From positions 1 to 64,000 of the forward strand of contig JAYPQH010000017.1 of assembly GCA_038131935.1 (NCBI GenBank): a DNA stretch of 64,000 nt, given 5' to 3'. This DNA is from Alphaproteobacteria bacterium (GTDB taxonomy: Bacteria > Pseudomonadota > Alphaproteobacteria > UBA8317). Both the position numbers and the translations under genes were made by a program. Below the pieces are notes generated by a model. It did no database searches. It was not told the DNA's origin and saw only the letters and a list, made by a program, of their open reading frames with translations. Below, piece after piece: positions 32,401-44,646 of this stretch (positions within the stretch are counted from its first letter, which is position 1; each line of letters opens with the position of its first letter).

Positions 32401-35400
32401 AACAGCCGTCCATTATCAGATGCAGGTGACAACCAATGAGTGCCATCAGGCTCTTCTGTGATCTTGGATGGAGGTGGTTCATCTGATGCAGATGGTCAGG
32501 ATTTGGGTTATCTTTGGACGCAAATCTCTGGTCCATCCGTTGAGATATCAAATGCCTATCATCCCCGACCGTCATTTGTATCGCCTTATCTTCAACCAGG
32601 GGAGCAACCCATTGAAATTATATTTGGTTTAACGGTCCATGATGGTTTTGAAGATTCGTCTTTGAGTACGGTAGCGATCACTGTTCAATCCCCATCTAAT
32701 ACAGTTCCGATTGCCGACGCTGGTATTGATCAAATTGTTACATCAGGCGCGTTGGTCTCTCTTGATGGTTCAGGATCAGAGGATTTTGATGGACAAGACT
32801 TGATATATAACTGGTCACAAGTTTCAGGTGTTGATGTCACACTATCGGATACACAGCTTGCTACTCCGCAGTTCATGGCGCCAATTTTGAATGTTGGCGA
32901 TTTGCCTGCAACCTTTATCTTTGCATTAAGGGTCTCGGATGGCTTTGATGAATCTGAACCAACTTTTACGACTGTACAGGTAACAGCCCCTTCTAACTCA
33001 GAACCATTCGCCTATGCAGGACAAAATCAAATTGTAACATCTGGCTCTTCGGTTACACTTGATGGTGGTGGTTCATCCGATGTTGATGGTCAGGATTTGA
33101 GTTATCTCTGGACACAAATCTCTGGTCCATCTGTTGTGTTGTCCGATGCGAGATCGGTAAGCCCAAGTTTTACCGTACCAACTTTGGATGTTTTGGACGC
33201 TGAGGTCATTTTAGAGTTTGGTTTGACTGTTTCTGATGGATTTTCCCGGTCTGGGTTGGATCGGGTCTTGGTTACAATAACCCCACCTGAAAATAATATT
33301 CCCATGGCGGATGCTGGTAGGAGTCAGCTTGTTTTATCACAGACCGTTGTATCGCTCGATGGCACAAATTCAAGTGATGGTGATAACAACCCTCTTACCT
33401 ACCAATGGAATCAATTGGCAGGGCCAGTGGTCGCATTGTCTGATGCAACATCACCAAAACCAAGTTTTTCAGCTCCATTGGTACAGCCAGGGCAATCTGG
33501 TGTTGTTCTTGAATTTGGATTGGTGGTGAATGATGGCTTTGTGGATTCGCTGGTTGATAAGGTTGTTGTCGCTGTGCAATCTCAATTCACGCCAATACCT
33601 TTTGCTGACGCAGGGAGTAACCAGCTTATTCAAAGTGGATCTCTTGTTCAGTTGGATGGCTCGAATTCATATGTATTTGGCAATGAACAAGCCAGTAAAA
33701 CCTATATTTGGACGCAGGTTTCAGGCCCAACCGTAACATTGTTGGACAACCAAGATGCAAAGCCAACATTTGTGGCACCTATCCTTGCTGTCGGCCAAGA
33801 TGATGTCACCATGGGCTTTAGGCTGGTGGTGGATGATGGGACGCGCCAATCTGCTGCTGATGATGTGGAGATCACGGTTCAAGCTCCAGAGAACAAAATA
33901 CCAACTGCAGATGCTGGTATTGATCAAATTGTCGCTGCGGGTGAGCTAATTTCATTAGATGCCACAAGGTCGCAAGATCCAGACGGGCATTCATTGACGT
34001 ACATTTGGTCTCAAATTGGTGGTCCAAATGTTGATTTGTCGGATAGCTCATCTGCACGTCCTTCCTTCGTAACACCAACGCTAAATTTTGGAGATTTGGA
34101 CCAAGAATTGCTCTTTGGTTTGTTTGTCAACGACGGCTTTGATCAATCAAGTTTGAGCATGGTGAGGGTCAAGGTAAAAGCCCCTGTGGCGAAACGCCCA
34201 ATCGCAGATGCAGGGCCTGATATGCTGGTAAAAAATAGTGAAAAGGTTCTTTTATCTGCTTCGGACTCCCGCTTAGGGTCTGGACCTGGTCCTTTAACCT
34301 ATCTGTGGACTCAGATTTCTGGTCCTAGTGTCATGTTAAATGACGTCACATCACAGGTGCCGGTATTTACAGCACCATCATTAATGCCTTCTTCACCCCA
34401 AGTGATATTACGGTTTGAGCTAAGAGTAAGCGATGGATTAACCACGTCTACCCCTGATTTGGTGACCGTTACCGTAAGAGCCGCAGATAATAATAAGCCC
34501 GTTGCTGATGCGGGGGATTCTCAATCTGTCTCTTCTAATGCGTTGGTTTTTCTCGATGGCACGGCTTCAAAAGACCGTGATGGCCATGCGCTTTCATATC
34601 ATTGGACGCAAATTTCAGGTGAAGATGTCATATTGTCAGATGCCGAAGCTGCGCGTCTTAATTTTAAAGCCCCAACTTTGGATGTGGGAGATGATCCTGT
34701 TGAATTAACTTTTGAACTGGTTGTTTTTGATGGTTTCATACATTCCGCACCAAATCAGACAAAGGTAACGGTTTTACCGCCACTGAACAGATTGCCCATC
34801 GCAGATGCCGGACAAAATCAAACTGTTGAGATGGGGAAGGTCGTTACACTAGATGGCACGGAATCATTTGACCGCGATGGACAAGATTTGTCTTACAATT
34901 GGTCGCAGGTTTCTGGCTTCCATGTTGTCTTATCGGATCACACTCTAGCGCAGCCAACCTTTACCGCTCCGATATTGACTGCTGATCAGCAAGATCAGGA
35001 GGTCGTTTTTAGACTTGTTGTGAATGATGGGGTGGGGGACTCTGGACAAAGCTTTGTTGTGGTTACAGTTCAGGGATCTTCAACAACCAATCAAATGCCT
35101 GTAGCCGATCCTGGGTTAAGCATAATTGCGAATTCTGGTGCGCTGATATCTATAGATGGGTCAGCGTCTTTTGGTTTTGGGCAAGAAGCATTGTTGTACA
35201 ATTGGTCACAGATTTCAGGCCCCACTGTGGTTTTATCAAACCCCTCCTCTGACAAACCAACCTTCGTGGCGCCATCTCTAAAACGTGATGAGTCGAATCA
35301 GTCATTATTGTTTTCACTTGTTGTACAGGACGAATTGGGCAGTTCGGAACCAAAATTTGTTGATGTGACGGTTGTAGCGCCCAGGAATAGGGTGCCTATC

Positions 35401-38400
35401 GCCGATGCGGGTGTGAACAAAACAACAATTTCAGGTTACTCGATTGTTCTTGATGGCTCACGATCTACTGATGCAGATGGAGATGTGCTGACCTACAACT
35501 GGGAACAGGTTTTGGGGGCTGATGTCTCATTATCTAACCCTAAATCTGCGACACCTATTTTTGAAACACCTGTTTTGCATATAGGTGATCTTAATCAAAC
35601 CTTTGCCTTTGATCTTACGGTTGATGATGGTTTCGAACTTTCACAGCCCAGTCGTGTTTTTGTGACCGTAGAAGCGCCACAAAATATGATTCCTTTTGCT
35701 GACGCCGGTGCCGACCAAAGGGTTGTTTCTGCTTCAACAGTTGTTCTAACTGGTGGAAATTCGTATGATCCGAATGGTCAAGCGTTGCGCTTTCACTGGC
35801 AACAACTTTCTGGACCGCTTGTTGATTTGTCGGATGAGAGCGCCGTTCAACCAATATTCAAAGCACCCGATATAGATGTGGGATTATCACATCAAACATT
35901 GGTGTTTTCGTTGATTGTGCATGATGGATTGGCCGCTTCGGTTGCAGATACTATTGTCATTACGGTTGAGCCAGCAAATGCCCCTGAAAGACCTCTGGCG
36001 GATGCGGGTCGTGATCTCATGGTGGATTCCAACATTGTGGTCGAATTAAATGGCACCCGATCACAGCCACAAGGTGATACGCCATTACAGTTTACCTGGA
36101 CACAAGTGGCAGGCAAAGCTGTCAATCTTTTGGACCCATCATCTGCGCGTCCACGCTTTCGAAGCATGAAGTTATCTATTGGCGATGACGTCGAAGATTT
36201 ACAATTCAAACTTATTGTTGATGATGGACTCATGGAATCTTATCCAAGTTTTGTGCGGGTTTCAGTGCATCCCCCAAAAAATACCATTCCTATTGCGGAT
36301 GCTGGCGTAGATCGAGCTATACAATCTGGTGAAACTGTATTTTTAACGGCATTAGGATCAAGTGATGCTGATGGTCAGGGTTTATCCTACAGCTGGACGC
36401 AAGTGACGGGAACACCTGTCCAGCTCTCTGATCCTCAAAGTGCAGAGCCTAGCTTTGTTGCTCCTTTTTTGAATGTTCACAATACCCCCGAGATACTCGT
36501 TTTTTCTGTAGCGGTAAGTGATGGATATGCGGTCTCTGAACCTGATTTTGTAAGCTTAACTGTTGTTTCACCGCCTGAGGAGAACGCACCAATAGCCCAT
36601 GCTGGAGAAAGCCAAGATGTTGATGCTGGGTCTTTGGTTATGTTGGATGGATCTGCGTCTCGTGACGCGACGGGTCAGCCGTTGACCTATGAGTGGAAAC
36701 AAGTTTCTGGAACTTCAGTAAAATTGTTGAATGCATCAACGGCCAAACCAAATTTTGTTGCGCCCGTGCTTGATGTGGGTGACAGCTCATCACTTTTGGT
36801 TTTCTCCCTAACAGTTAACAATGGGCGCTCGGTGTCGCTTGCTGATCAGGTGCAGGTTACAGTTCATGCGCCATTGAATACAAAACCTATGGCGCAGGCT
36901 GGAGAAGATATCACCGTAGCATCTGCCAGTACTGTCAAATTAGATGGATCAGCTTCTTTTGATAATGATGGTCAGGCATTACGTTTTCATTGGCAACAAG
37001 TCGGTGGGGAAACAGTAACCCTCTCAGGCAGTTCGGATATACAACCTTCCTTCTTATCACCTACGTTGAATATTGGTGCGGCTGCCAAAGTTCTCTCATT
37101 TTCTTTAATCGTCAATGATGGCATTGAGGATTCAATAGCTGATCTTGTTCAAGTAACTGTTGTGGCACCGCAAAATACTGTTCCATTGGCTGACGCGGGT
37201 ATGGATCAAGTGGTTCGTTACGGTTCTTTTGTTACGTTGGATGGGGCGGGTTCTTCCGATGCTGATGCACATATGTTGACATACAAATGGACGCAAACTT
37301 CTGGGCCGACGGTCGAGTTATCAGACTCTACAGTTGCTCAGCCAACCTTTTTGGCACCCATGTTAGACATCCATCAGGCAAACATTGATGTTGAATTTTC
37401 TTTGGTTGTTCATGACGGATATGACATGTCTGAACCGGCAAATGTCCGTATTACGATTGAGGCTCCTACCAATGACCCCCCAATTCCTCATGCTGGTATG
37501 AATCAGGTGGTCAAGGCCGGCTCTCAGGTTATTCTGGACGGTAGTGCTTCAGCGGATGCACAAGGGGATCTTATTATGTACCGCTGGCGTCAGATTGATG
37601 GCATGAATGTTACCTTATCGGACGATACAAGCATGCAGCCCCATTTTATGGCGCCCATGGTTTCGAATCCGCAGGTCATGCATTTCGCGCTCAAGACATT
37701 TGATGATTTTCACGCAGAGGATGATGTCGAACAAGAAGACGTGGTCGCAGTTACTGTATTACCAAAAGCGTTGTATCCGGAAATCATTCCTATTCAAGAT
37801 CAGACAAGCCTTCTTAATCAGAAAGTAAGCTACGGCGTGCGAATGTCCAAGGATGTAACGTTACCAGTTGTCTTCACCGCGGATAATTTGCCTGTTGGCT
37901 TGCAATTACATAATCTTACGGGATTGATTTCTGGTATCCCAACTGAACTTGGTGAGCGTAAGGTCACGATTACTGCAACGATAGACAATTACAGTGCAGA
38001 TGTAACATTTCTATGGACAGTTATTGAGCTTCCTGATCCTCGAGAAGATCCTATCTTGCGTTCTACCCTTAAAGCGATGGGTGATATGACGATTCGATCA
38101 GCCAAAAGAGGGTTTGAGTTATTAGATGCACGTTTAGATACCTTGCTAACACTTGATGCCACTTCTCGAGATAATATCAGCGCTCAAGGTGTTAAGTTTG
38201 CTTTTGTTGACCCCACAATACAGGATATGGTCAACCAGACGGGTATCCTTTCATCCATGCAATTTCGTGACAAAAGTTTGCTTCCTGAGGGCTGGGCGGT
38301 ATGGACTGAGGGAACCATTACCTATGGCCAGCGCGATGGTGATCGAATTGACAACAATATGCGTTTTTCAACCAATGCCATTGGTCTTGGTGCAGATTAT

Positions 38401-39109
38401 CGCATCAATAGTGAAGCTCTAATTGGGGTTTCCGCACAGTATGTTACAGATGAGACGCGCGTAGGTGGCTATCAAGGTGTCGTTGATTTCACGGGTCATT
38501 ATGCAAACTTATACGGATCTTACCAGGTAGGTGAGGCGCAATATTTTCAAGGGGTGCTTGGGTATGGTGCCTTAAAGATGGATATGTCGAGGTTCTCGGA
38601 GGGAAGCATATTCACAGCAAGCAGGTCAGGTGACCAATTGCAGGGGCTTTTACGTTTCACCTATCATCAACCATTAGATGAGTTTTTACTCAAGCCTTAT
38701 GGTGAAATAAAACATGTAAATGCCAGTTTAGGTTCTTATGACGAAAGAGGTGGACTGGGTGCCTTTCATGTCTACAAACAAAATATAAGAAGTACCGTTT
38801 TTGGTGTAGGTCTTGGGGTTGATCGGACCATTGATTTTGGTTCCAACCAGACTCATTCTTGGTGTGGATCTCTCTTTTGATAAAAATGTGGAAAGCCAAG
38901 ATGATCCACATGTCCATTATCATGTGGCACCGCTCAATGTTTTTTCATTCAACGAAGAGGAGAATGCTGCTACGCAATTGGCCGGTGGGGTGGGTATAAG
39001 GTATGTACATGAGGACGGAATTTCTTGGCGCTTGGGTTATGAGTATATGAGACGTGGCGAATATGAGGAAGCCCATAATCTTAAGGTGGGGTTGGGCATA
39101 TCTTTTTGA
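26449..39109 (+). CDS. Giant (~4,200 aa) autotransporter adhesin: signal peptide, Cys-containing tip, ~36 PKD/K319L-like repeats, He_PIG-like domain, beta-barrel; 4 frameshifts and 1 in-frame TGA
   Basis: Six consecutive ORFs carrying the PxADAGxxQ...LDGxxSxDxDG..L.Y.W.Q.SGP repeat; ADNLPVGL..GLISGIP (He_PIG-like); WAVWTEG...GLGADYR barrel; terminal VGLGISF. Breaks near 27433, 29787, 30500, 32437 and 38838. Confidence 0.85.
28240..32538 (+). repeat. Near-identical 297-bp (A) and 303-bp (B) tandem units forming a ~1,491-bp AAAAB super-repeat
   Basis: The B-unit marker GTGGTTGCCCCTGTAGCAGATGC recurs at 28818, 30311 and 31801; A units recur every 297 bp between them. Confidence 0.93.
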
Positions 39110-39278
39110 TGAATTTGGTTAGGCGTCTGCTAAAGCACTCATGCGGTGGTAAGGTTTTTACGAAAAGATTTTTTGGATGGTAAATCTGTCTGGTGTATGA
39201 TGATTTCTTTTTCTGGCCTGTTGTCTGAAGCTAAATGGGTTTAACAAATCAATTGCGCATAAACTATGAGGTTTTTTC

Positions 39279-40605
39279 ATGACACGCATGCTGCTTGGGC
39301 TAACCTTATGTCTTGTCATATCAGCTGTAGTGTTTGGGGATATTCTATGGCGTTTCCCCGTTTCTGGATTAAGTATGTATTTTGGTGTTGTTGCGCTGAT
39401 AGCTATGTCAGTAGCACAGATTATAGCTTGTCGCGTGAGGATGTCTGAATGGATTTTAGGGCCTCTTGACCAGCAATACTACCTTCATAAATGGTTAGCT
39501 TTCTTGGCGGTGGCAGCCATGTTTCTTCATGATAGTATTGATGCTGAGATTGCCGGTTTGAATGCGCCATTTGGATTGAAGGATATTGGTAAGCTATTTG
39601 GGGAATGGGGCTATTACGGCGTTTTGATATTGGTTGCTACAACACTTGCAACTTTTATACCCTATCACCTGTGGAAGTTGACTCATAAATTCATGGGTTT
39701 TGTCTTCCTTCTGTCCTTTTGTCATTTTCTTCTCATGCCAAAGCCATTTTCGTTAGGAAGCCCAACAGGCATCACTGTTTTGTTTTTTTGTACTTCTGGT
39801 TTGCTGGCCTACATCGTAACATTGTTTCGAGATAAGCTCACCAGCGTATGGATGCCCTACCAAGTTAAACAAATTGAAAGCTCTGGCTCAGCAACCAGTT
39901 TGATTTTGGAGCCCGTGGATCAACATATGCGTCATAAACCGGGCCAATTCGCTTTCTTGCGTTCTGACTTGGTTGGGTTTCAAGAAGCACATCCATTTAC
40001 AATATCAAATGCGCCGAATGCTCGTGGCCTTGTTAGGTTTACGATCAAATCTTTGGGAGATTATACCTCAAAACTCAATGATTTGTTCACTGTTGGCTCA
40101 TTTTGTCATGTTCAAGGGGCGTTTGGTCGGTTTTTTCCAATATGTGATGACAAAGAACAAATTTGGATTGCTGCCGGTATTGGTATTACGCCGTTTTTAG
40201 CATGGCTTGATGATACATCATTTGGGTCAAAAGCAGATATTCAGTTTTTTGTGACCGTTTATGACAAATCGCATATCCCTCATTTAGCAGAACTCCACGC
40301 GCATGTTGAACGTCATCCTAATATTCATTTGCATGTTATTTGAAACCTATCATGAAGATCGCCTTAACGTCGAAAAAATGTGCGCTCACATCAAATTTCC
40401 AAACCGATGCCGGGTATATTATTGTGGTCCCCAAGAATGGGGAAAAATACTTAAAAAGAATTTTTTAGCAAAGGGAGTGCCTGTATCTTCATTCCATCAT
40501 GAATATTTTGTTTTGAGGTCCGGGATCGATAAAGAGCTGGTTAAAAAAGCTCTGGTGGTACTTAAATATATTCTTACATGGATGATGCGTCGGATTCCTC
40601 GGTGA
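39279..40605 (+). CDS. Ferric reductase-like transmembrane FAD/NAD-binding oxidoreductase (1 frameshift near 40340)
   Basis: Heme-ligand His in LHKWLA and THKFMG; PGQF, HPFTIS, IAAGIGITPF; YYCGP...FHHEYF in the second frame. Confidence 0.9.
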
Positions 40606-40648
40606 TGTGTAGATTTATTATTTTACCTAACTGACGGTGTTTGTCTTC

Positions 40649-40677
40649 TTGATGATTAGATAACTCTCGTCTATAAG
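40649..40677 (+). promoter_or_regulatory. Putative sigma70 promoter for tRNA-Gly
   Basis: TTGATG-N17-TATAAG ending ~30 nt upstream of the tRNA. Confidence 0.5.
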
Positions 40678-40706
40678 GATTTCCTGCCGTGCATTATTTA
40701 TGGCGC

Positions 40707-40781
<75 letters not shown>

Positions 40782-40938
40782 AGATATTTCCACTTTCTTT
40801 ATCTTTTCAACAAACCGCCAAACTGATTGTTTGTTCCATTTGAGCTTCATTTGAACCCGATTTCGATCCTCCCTTGACAAGGTTCCATTATTGCTTCAAT
40901 TCGCGTCAAAATTTTCATTTTTTTTGGGGCATAAGCAA

Positions 40939-42129
40939 ATGGCAAAAGCAAAGTTTGAGCGTAACAAGCCGCACTGCAACATAGGGACGATTGGGCATGT
41001 TGACCATGGTAAGACGTCATTGACTGCAGCGATCACGAAGATATTGGCGGAAGCTGGTGGAGCTGAGTTTGCGGCCTATGATGATATTGATAAGGCCCCG
41101 GAAGAGAAGGCCCGTGGTATAACGATATCGACGGCACATGTTGAGTATGAGACGGAAGCCCGTCACTATGCGCATGTTGATTGCCCTGGTCACGCGGATT
41201 ACGTGAAGAACATGATCACGGGAGCTGCGCAGATGGACGGAGCGATATTGGTTGTTTCAGCTGCTGATGGGCCTATGCCGCAGACACGTGAGCATATTTT
41301 GTTGGCACGTCAGGTTGGTGTTCCAGCGTTGGTTGTGTTTTTGAACAAGGTAGATCAGGTAGACGACGAAGAGTTGTTGGAGCTTGTAGAGATGGAAGTT
41401 CAAGAGCTTTTGACGGAGTATGAGTTTCCTGGTGATGAGATTCCGATTATTAAGGGTTCAGCGTTGTCAGCGTTGGAAGATCGGAATGACGAGATTGGTC
41501 GTAATGCGATATTAGAGCTGATGCAGGCTGTTGATGATTATATTCCGCAGCCGGATCGTCCGATTGACCAGGACTTTTTGATGCCGATTGAAGATGTATT
41601 TTCGATTTCGGGTCGTGGTACTGTTGTGACGGGACGTATTGAGCGTGGTATTTTGTCAGTAGGTGATGAAGTCGAGATTATTGGGATCCGGGATACGCAG
41701 AAGACGACCTGTACAGGTGTTGAGATGTTCCGTAAGTTGTTGGATCGCGGAGAGGCTGGAGACAATGTTGGAGCGTTGTTGCGTGGTATTGACCGTGAGG
41801 GTGTTGAGCGAGGTCAGGTATTGGCGAAGCCAGGATCGATTAAGCCGCACACGAAGTTTAAGGCTGAGACTTATATTTTGACGAAGGAAGAAGGTGGCCG
41901 TCACACGCCATTTTTTGCGAATTATCGTCCTCAGTTTTACTTCCGGACGACGGATGTTACCGGGATGGTGAAGTTACCGGATGGAACAGAGATGGTTATG
42001 CCTGGAGATAACATTGCGCTTGAGGTTGAGTTGATAGCTCCGATTGCGATGGAAGAGGGTTTACGCTTTGCGATCCGTGAAGGTGGCCGCACGGTCGGTG
42101 CTGGGGTTGTGGCGACAGTTCTGGACTGA
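40939..42129 (+). CDS. tuf: Elongation factor Tu (tRNA-linked copy)
   Basis: [26 protein letters not shown]; 396 aa from ATG 40939. Confidence 0.99.
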   Translation: MAKAKFERNKPHCNIGTIGHVDHGKTSLTAAITKILAEAGGAEFAAYDDIDKAPEEKARGITISTAHVEYETEARHYAHVDCPGHADYVKNMITGAAQMDGAILVVSAADGPMPQTREHILLARQVGVPALVVFLNKVDQVDDEELLELVEMEVQELLTEYEFPGDEIPIIKGSALSALEDRNDEIGRNAILELMQAVDDYIPQPDRPIDQDFLMPIEDVFSISGRGTVVTGRIERGILSVGDEVEIIGIRDTQKTTCTGVEMFRKLLDRGEAGDNVGALLRGIDREGVERGQVLAKPGSIKPHTKFKAETYILTKEEGGRHTPFFANYRPQFYFRTTDVTGMVKLPDGTEMVMPGDNIALEVELIAPIAMEEGLRFAIREGGRTVGAGVVATVLD

Positions 42130-42183
42130 TCTGTCCAACATGTAAGGTTCCCGACCGGGCTATTGGTTCCCGGTCGGTGTTGT
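42130..42183 (+). repeat. 54-bp tuf 3' flank with GC hairpin, identical to 58389-58442
   Basis: CCGACCGGG-N9-CCCGGTCGG stem; sequence is identical behind both tuf copies. Confidence 0.9.
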
Positions 42184-42258
42184 CTTTTTAAGAAAACTAT
42201 CCCTTGCCAGGAAAGGTTCGTTCTGGCATACACCAGTTTTTCCGGTTTTCGGGGCTTT

Positions 42259-42334
42259 AGGAGTGTAGCTCAGTTGGTAGAGCACCGGTCTCCAAAACCG
42301 GGTGTCGGGGGTTCGAATCCCTCCACTCCTGCCA
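42259..42334 (+). tRNA. tRNA-Trp (CCA)
   Basis: AGGAGTGTAGCTCAGTTGGTAGAGCA CCGGT CTCCAAA ACCGG...GTTCGAATCC...CACTCCTGCCA; directly before secE. Confidence 0.97.
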
Positions 42335-42426
42335 AACATACATGGCATGGTATTTGTTATGTTGCCGATTGGTGTGAGCTGTTGGAGGCTAGAGTGGTCG
42401 GTTTGTTACTTGTTGGAAATGGGGAA

Positions 42427-42624
42427 ATGGGCAAAACATCACCAAATCAGTTCGTGCGCCAAGTCCGGCAAGAGGCCAGTAAAATTGTTTGGCCAACGCG
42501 ACGTGAAGCAGGTTTAACGACCCTAACTGTGTTTGTCATGGTGGTTATTGCGTCATTGTTTTTTGTTTTGGTGGATCAGGTTTCGGCCTTCCTCATCAGT
42601 CAGCTTTTGGGGCTGGGTAGATAG
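42427..42624 (+). CDS. secE: Preprotein translocase subunit SecE
   Basis: FVRQVRQEASKIVWPTRRE followed by a TM helix; located between tRNA-Trp and nusG. Confidence 0.95.
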   Translation: MGKTSPNQFVRQVRQEASKIVWPTRREAGLTTLTVFVMVVIASLFFVLVDQVSAFLISQLLGLGR

Positions 42625-42649
42625 TATTTTCAGAGGTTAATGCGGTTTT

Positions 42650-43180
42650 ATGGCTCATCGCTGGTACATTGTTCATGCCTATTCTAATTTTGAAAAGAAA
42701 GTCGCCGAGGCTATTTCTGAGCAGGCGGCGTTGAAAGGGCACGAAGACGATTTTTCTGAAATACTTGTTCCAACTGAGGAAGTTGTCGAGGTTCGTCGGG
42801 GAAAAAAATACTCTACTGAACGTCGTTTTTTCCCTGGTTACGTCTTGGTCAAGATGAACATGAACGAAGAGACGTTCCATTTGGTTAAGTCCGTTGGAAA
42901 GGTAACAGGTTTTTTGGGGTCTGGAAGTAAGCCGCAGCCGATTTCCGATGCTGAAGTTGCACACATCATGAATCAAGTTGAGGAGGGTGTTGAGTCTCCA
43001 CGTCCCTCAATCACTTTTGAGGTTGGTGAGGAAGTTCGTGTAACGGACGGTCCGTTCCAGTCATTCTCAGGTGTTGTTGAAGATGTTGATGATGATCGTG
43101 CTCGTTTGAAAGTGGCAGTGTCTATTTTTGGCCGGGCAACGCCTGTAGATTTGGAATATGGACAAGTAGAAAAAACATAG
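42650..43180 (+). CDS. nusG: Transcription termination/antitermination factor NusG
   Basis: RWYIVHAYSNFEKKV, FFPGYVLV, KOW motif, IFGRATPV. Confidence 0.98.
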   Translation: MAHRWYIVHAYSNFEKKVAEAISEQAALKGHEDDFSEILVPTEEVVEVRRGKKYSTERRFFPGYVLVKMNMNEETFHLVKSVGKVTGFLGSGSKPQPISDAEVAHIMNQVEEGVESPRPSITFEVGEEVRVTDGPFQSFSGVVEDVDDDRARLKVAVSIFGRATPVDLEYGQVEKT

Positions 43181-43187
43181 TTTTTTT

Positions 43188-43217
43188 GGTGGGAGGCTTT
43201 CGCCAGCCTAACCACCG
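43188..43217 (+). promoter_or_regulatory. rplK leader, putative L1-binding autoregulatory structure
   Basis: GGTGGGAGGC-TTTCGCCA-GCCTAACCACC hairpin with internal loop upstream of rplK. Confidence 0.55.
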
Positions 43218-43262
43218 CGCACAAAATGCCGGATTAGTGTCGGCTGAATAGAGGAGTGTGTT

Positions 43263-43693
43263 ATGGCGAAGAAAGTTATTGGCTCGCTGAAGCTTCCAGG
43301 TTCCAGCAGGAAAGGCAAACCCCTCACCGCCCATCGGGCCAGCGTTGGGCCAGCGTGGTTTGAATATTATGGAGTTTTGTAAGGCGTTTAATGCTGCGAC
43401 CCAGGAAATGGAAGCGGGTATGCCAATACCCGTTGTTATTACCATTTTCCAAGATAAGTCATTTACATTCACGACCAAAACCCCGCCGGCGTCCTATTTT
43501 TTGAAAAAAGCAGCTGGCCTGAAATCAGGTGGTAAAGAGCCAGGTCGATCTGTGGCTGGGTCTGTGACAATGGAACAAGTGCGGGGAAATTGCTGAGGCA
43601 AAGATGGCGGACTTGAATGCCAATGATATAGATGCTGCCGGAAAAATTATTGCGGGTTCTGCGCGGGCTATGGGTTTGGAGGTTCGTGATTGA
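43263..43693 (+). CDS. rplK: 50S ribosomal protein L11 (2 single-base insertions, likely errors)
   Basis: Removing one C near 43296 and one G near 43585 restores [30 protein letters not shown]...[14 protein letters not shown] (142 aa). Confidence 0.95.
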
Positions 43694-44397
43694 TGGCTAC
43701 AAAAGCTGGGAAGCGTATCCGTAATCTTCGAGATGGCCGTGATTTTAAGGTCGTTATGAGTCTTCAAGATGCTGTTGCTGCGGTTAAAGAAACATCGAAT
43801 GCCAAATTTGATGAGACGGTAGAAGTCGCTATCAATCTTGGTGTTGATCCTCGTCACGCAGATCAGATGGTGCGTGGAGTTGTGAGTTTGCCGCATGGAA
43901 CAGGTAAGACGGTTCGTGTGGCTGTTTTCGCAAAGGATGCGAAGGCCGATGAAGCTAAAGAGGCGGGTGCTGATGTGGTAGGTGCCGAAGATCTGATGGA
44001 AGCTGTTCAAGGCGGAAAGATTGATTTTGATGTATGCATCGCAGCTCCTGATATGATGGCGATTGTTGGTCGCTTGGGAAAAATTTTAGGGCCAAGAGGG
44101 CTTATGCCTAACCCTCGGGTTGGCACTGTGACCCCAGATGTGGGCAAAGCTGTTCGTGATGCAAAAGGTGGTCAGGTGCAATTTCGTGTAGAAAAGGCGG
44201 GTATTATCCATGCTGGCGTTGGCAAAGCATCATTTCAGCCTGAGCAGCTTGTAGACAATATCAAAGCCCTTGTAGATGCCGTTGCACGTGCTAAGCCCAC
44301 GGGTGCTAAGGGTACGTATTTGAAAAGAATTGCTGTGAGTTCCACAATGGGACCCGGCTTTAAAGTCGAAGTGGGAAGTGTCGGGGCTGACGCTTAA
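43693..44397 (+). CDS. rplA: 50S ribosomal protein L1
   Basis: [27 protein letters not shown]. Confidence 0.98.
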   Translation: MATKAGKRIRNLRDGRDFKVVMSLQDAVAAVKETSNAKFDETVEVAINLGVDPRHADQMVRGVVSLPHGTGKTVRVAVFAKDAKADEAKEAGADVVGAEDLMEAVQGGKIDFDVCIAAPDMMAIVGRLGKILGPRGLMPNPRVGTVTPDVGKAVRDAKGGQVQFRVEKAGIIHAGVGKASFQPEQLVDNIKALVDAVARAKPTGAKGTYLKRIAVSSTMGPGFKVEVGSVGADA

Positions 44398-44433
44398 CCT
44401 GCTCGATCTTGTTGGGATTCGTTCCAACAAGGA

Positions 44434-44560
44434 CCTGTCCGAGACCAAGGGTGCTCCGGAGATGAAGTTCAAAGGAGCTTAATGATACGGCCGTTGGTAG
44501 ATGGGAGCGTCGAGTGAGGAAACTTAATCGGTGATCCTGAACGGGCATTCGCCGGCTATG
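44434..44560 (+). promoter_or_regulatory. L10 leader (rplJL autoregulatory RNA), approximate limits
   Basis: CTGTCCGAGACCAAGGGTGC...TTAAT...CCGTTGGTAGATGGG pattern in the rplA-rplJ spacer. Confidence 0.6.
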
Positions 44561-44646
44561 AGGCAAGAGCATAACTTGTTCAACTCATGGCCATAACGTT
44601 AACAGGGTCCGCTATTATATGTGGATTCTAGTATGAGGAGCGAAAC

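Noticed and set aside
32437-32439. Selenocysteine or alternative genetic code at the in-frame TGA
   Set aside because: The aligned position is Ser/Thr in sister repeats, and TGA is a normal stop elsewhere (tuf, fusA, metG).
28240-32538. CRISPR array or repeated small antisense ORFs
   Set aside because: The units are 297/303-bp in-frame coding repeats with no unique spacers; the minus-strand ORFs are shadows of the repeat.
42163-42426. N-terminally extended SecE (153 aa ORF) and extended EF-Tu start at 40891
   Set aside because: The SecE extension runs through tRNA-Trp; the conserved proteins start at 42427 and 40939.
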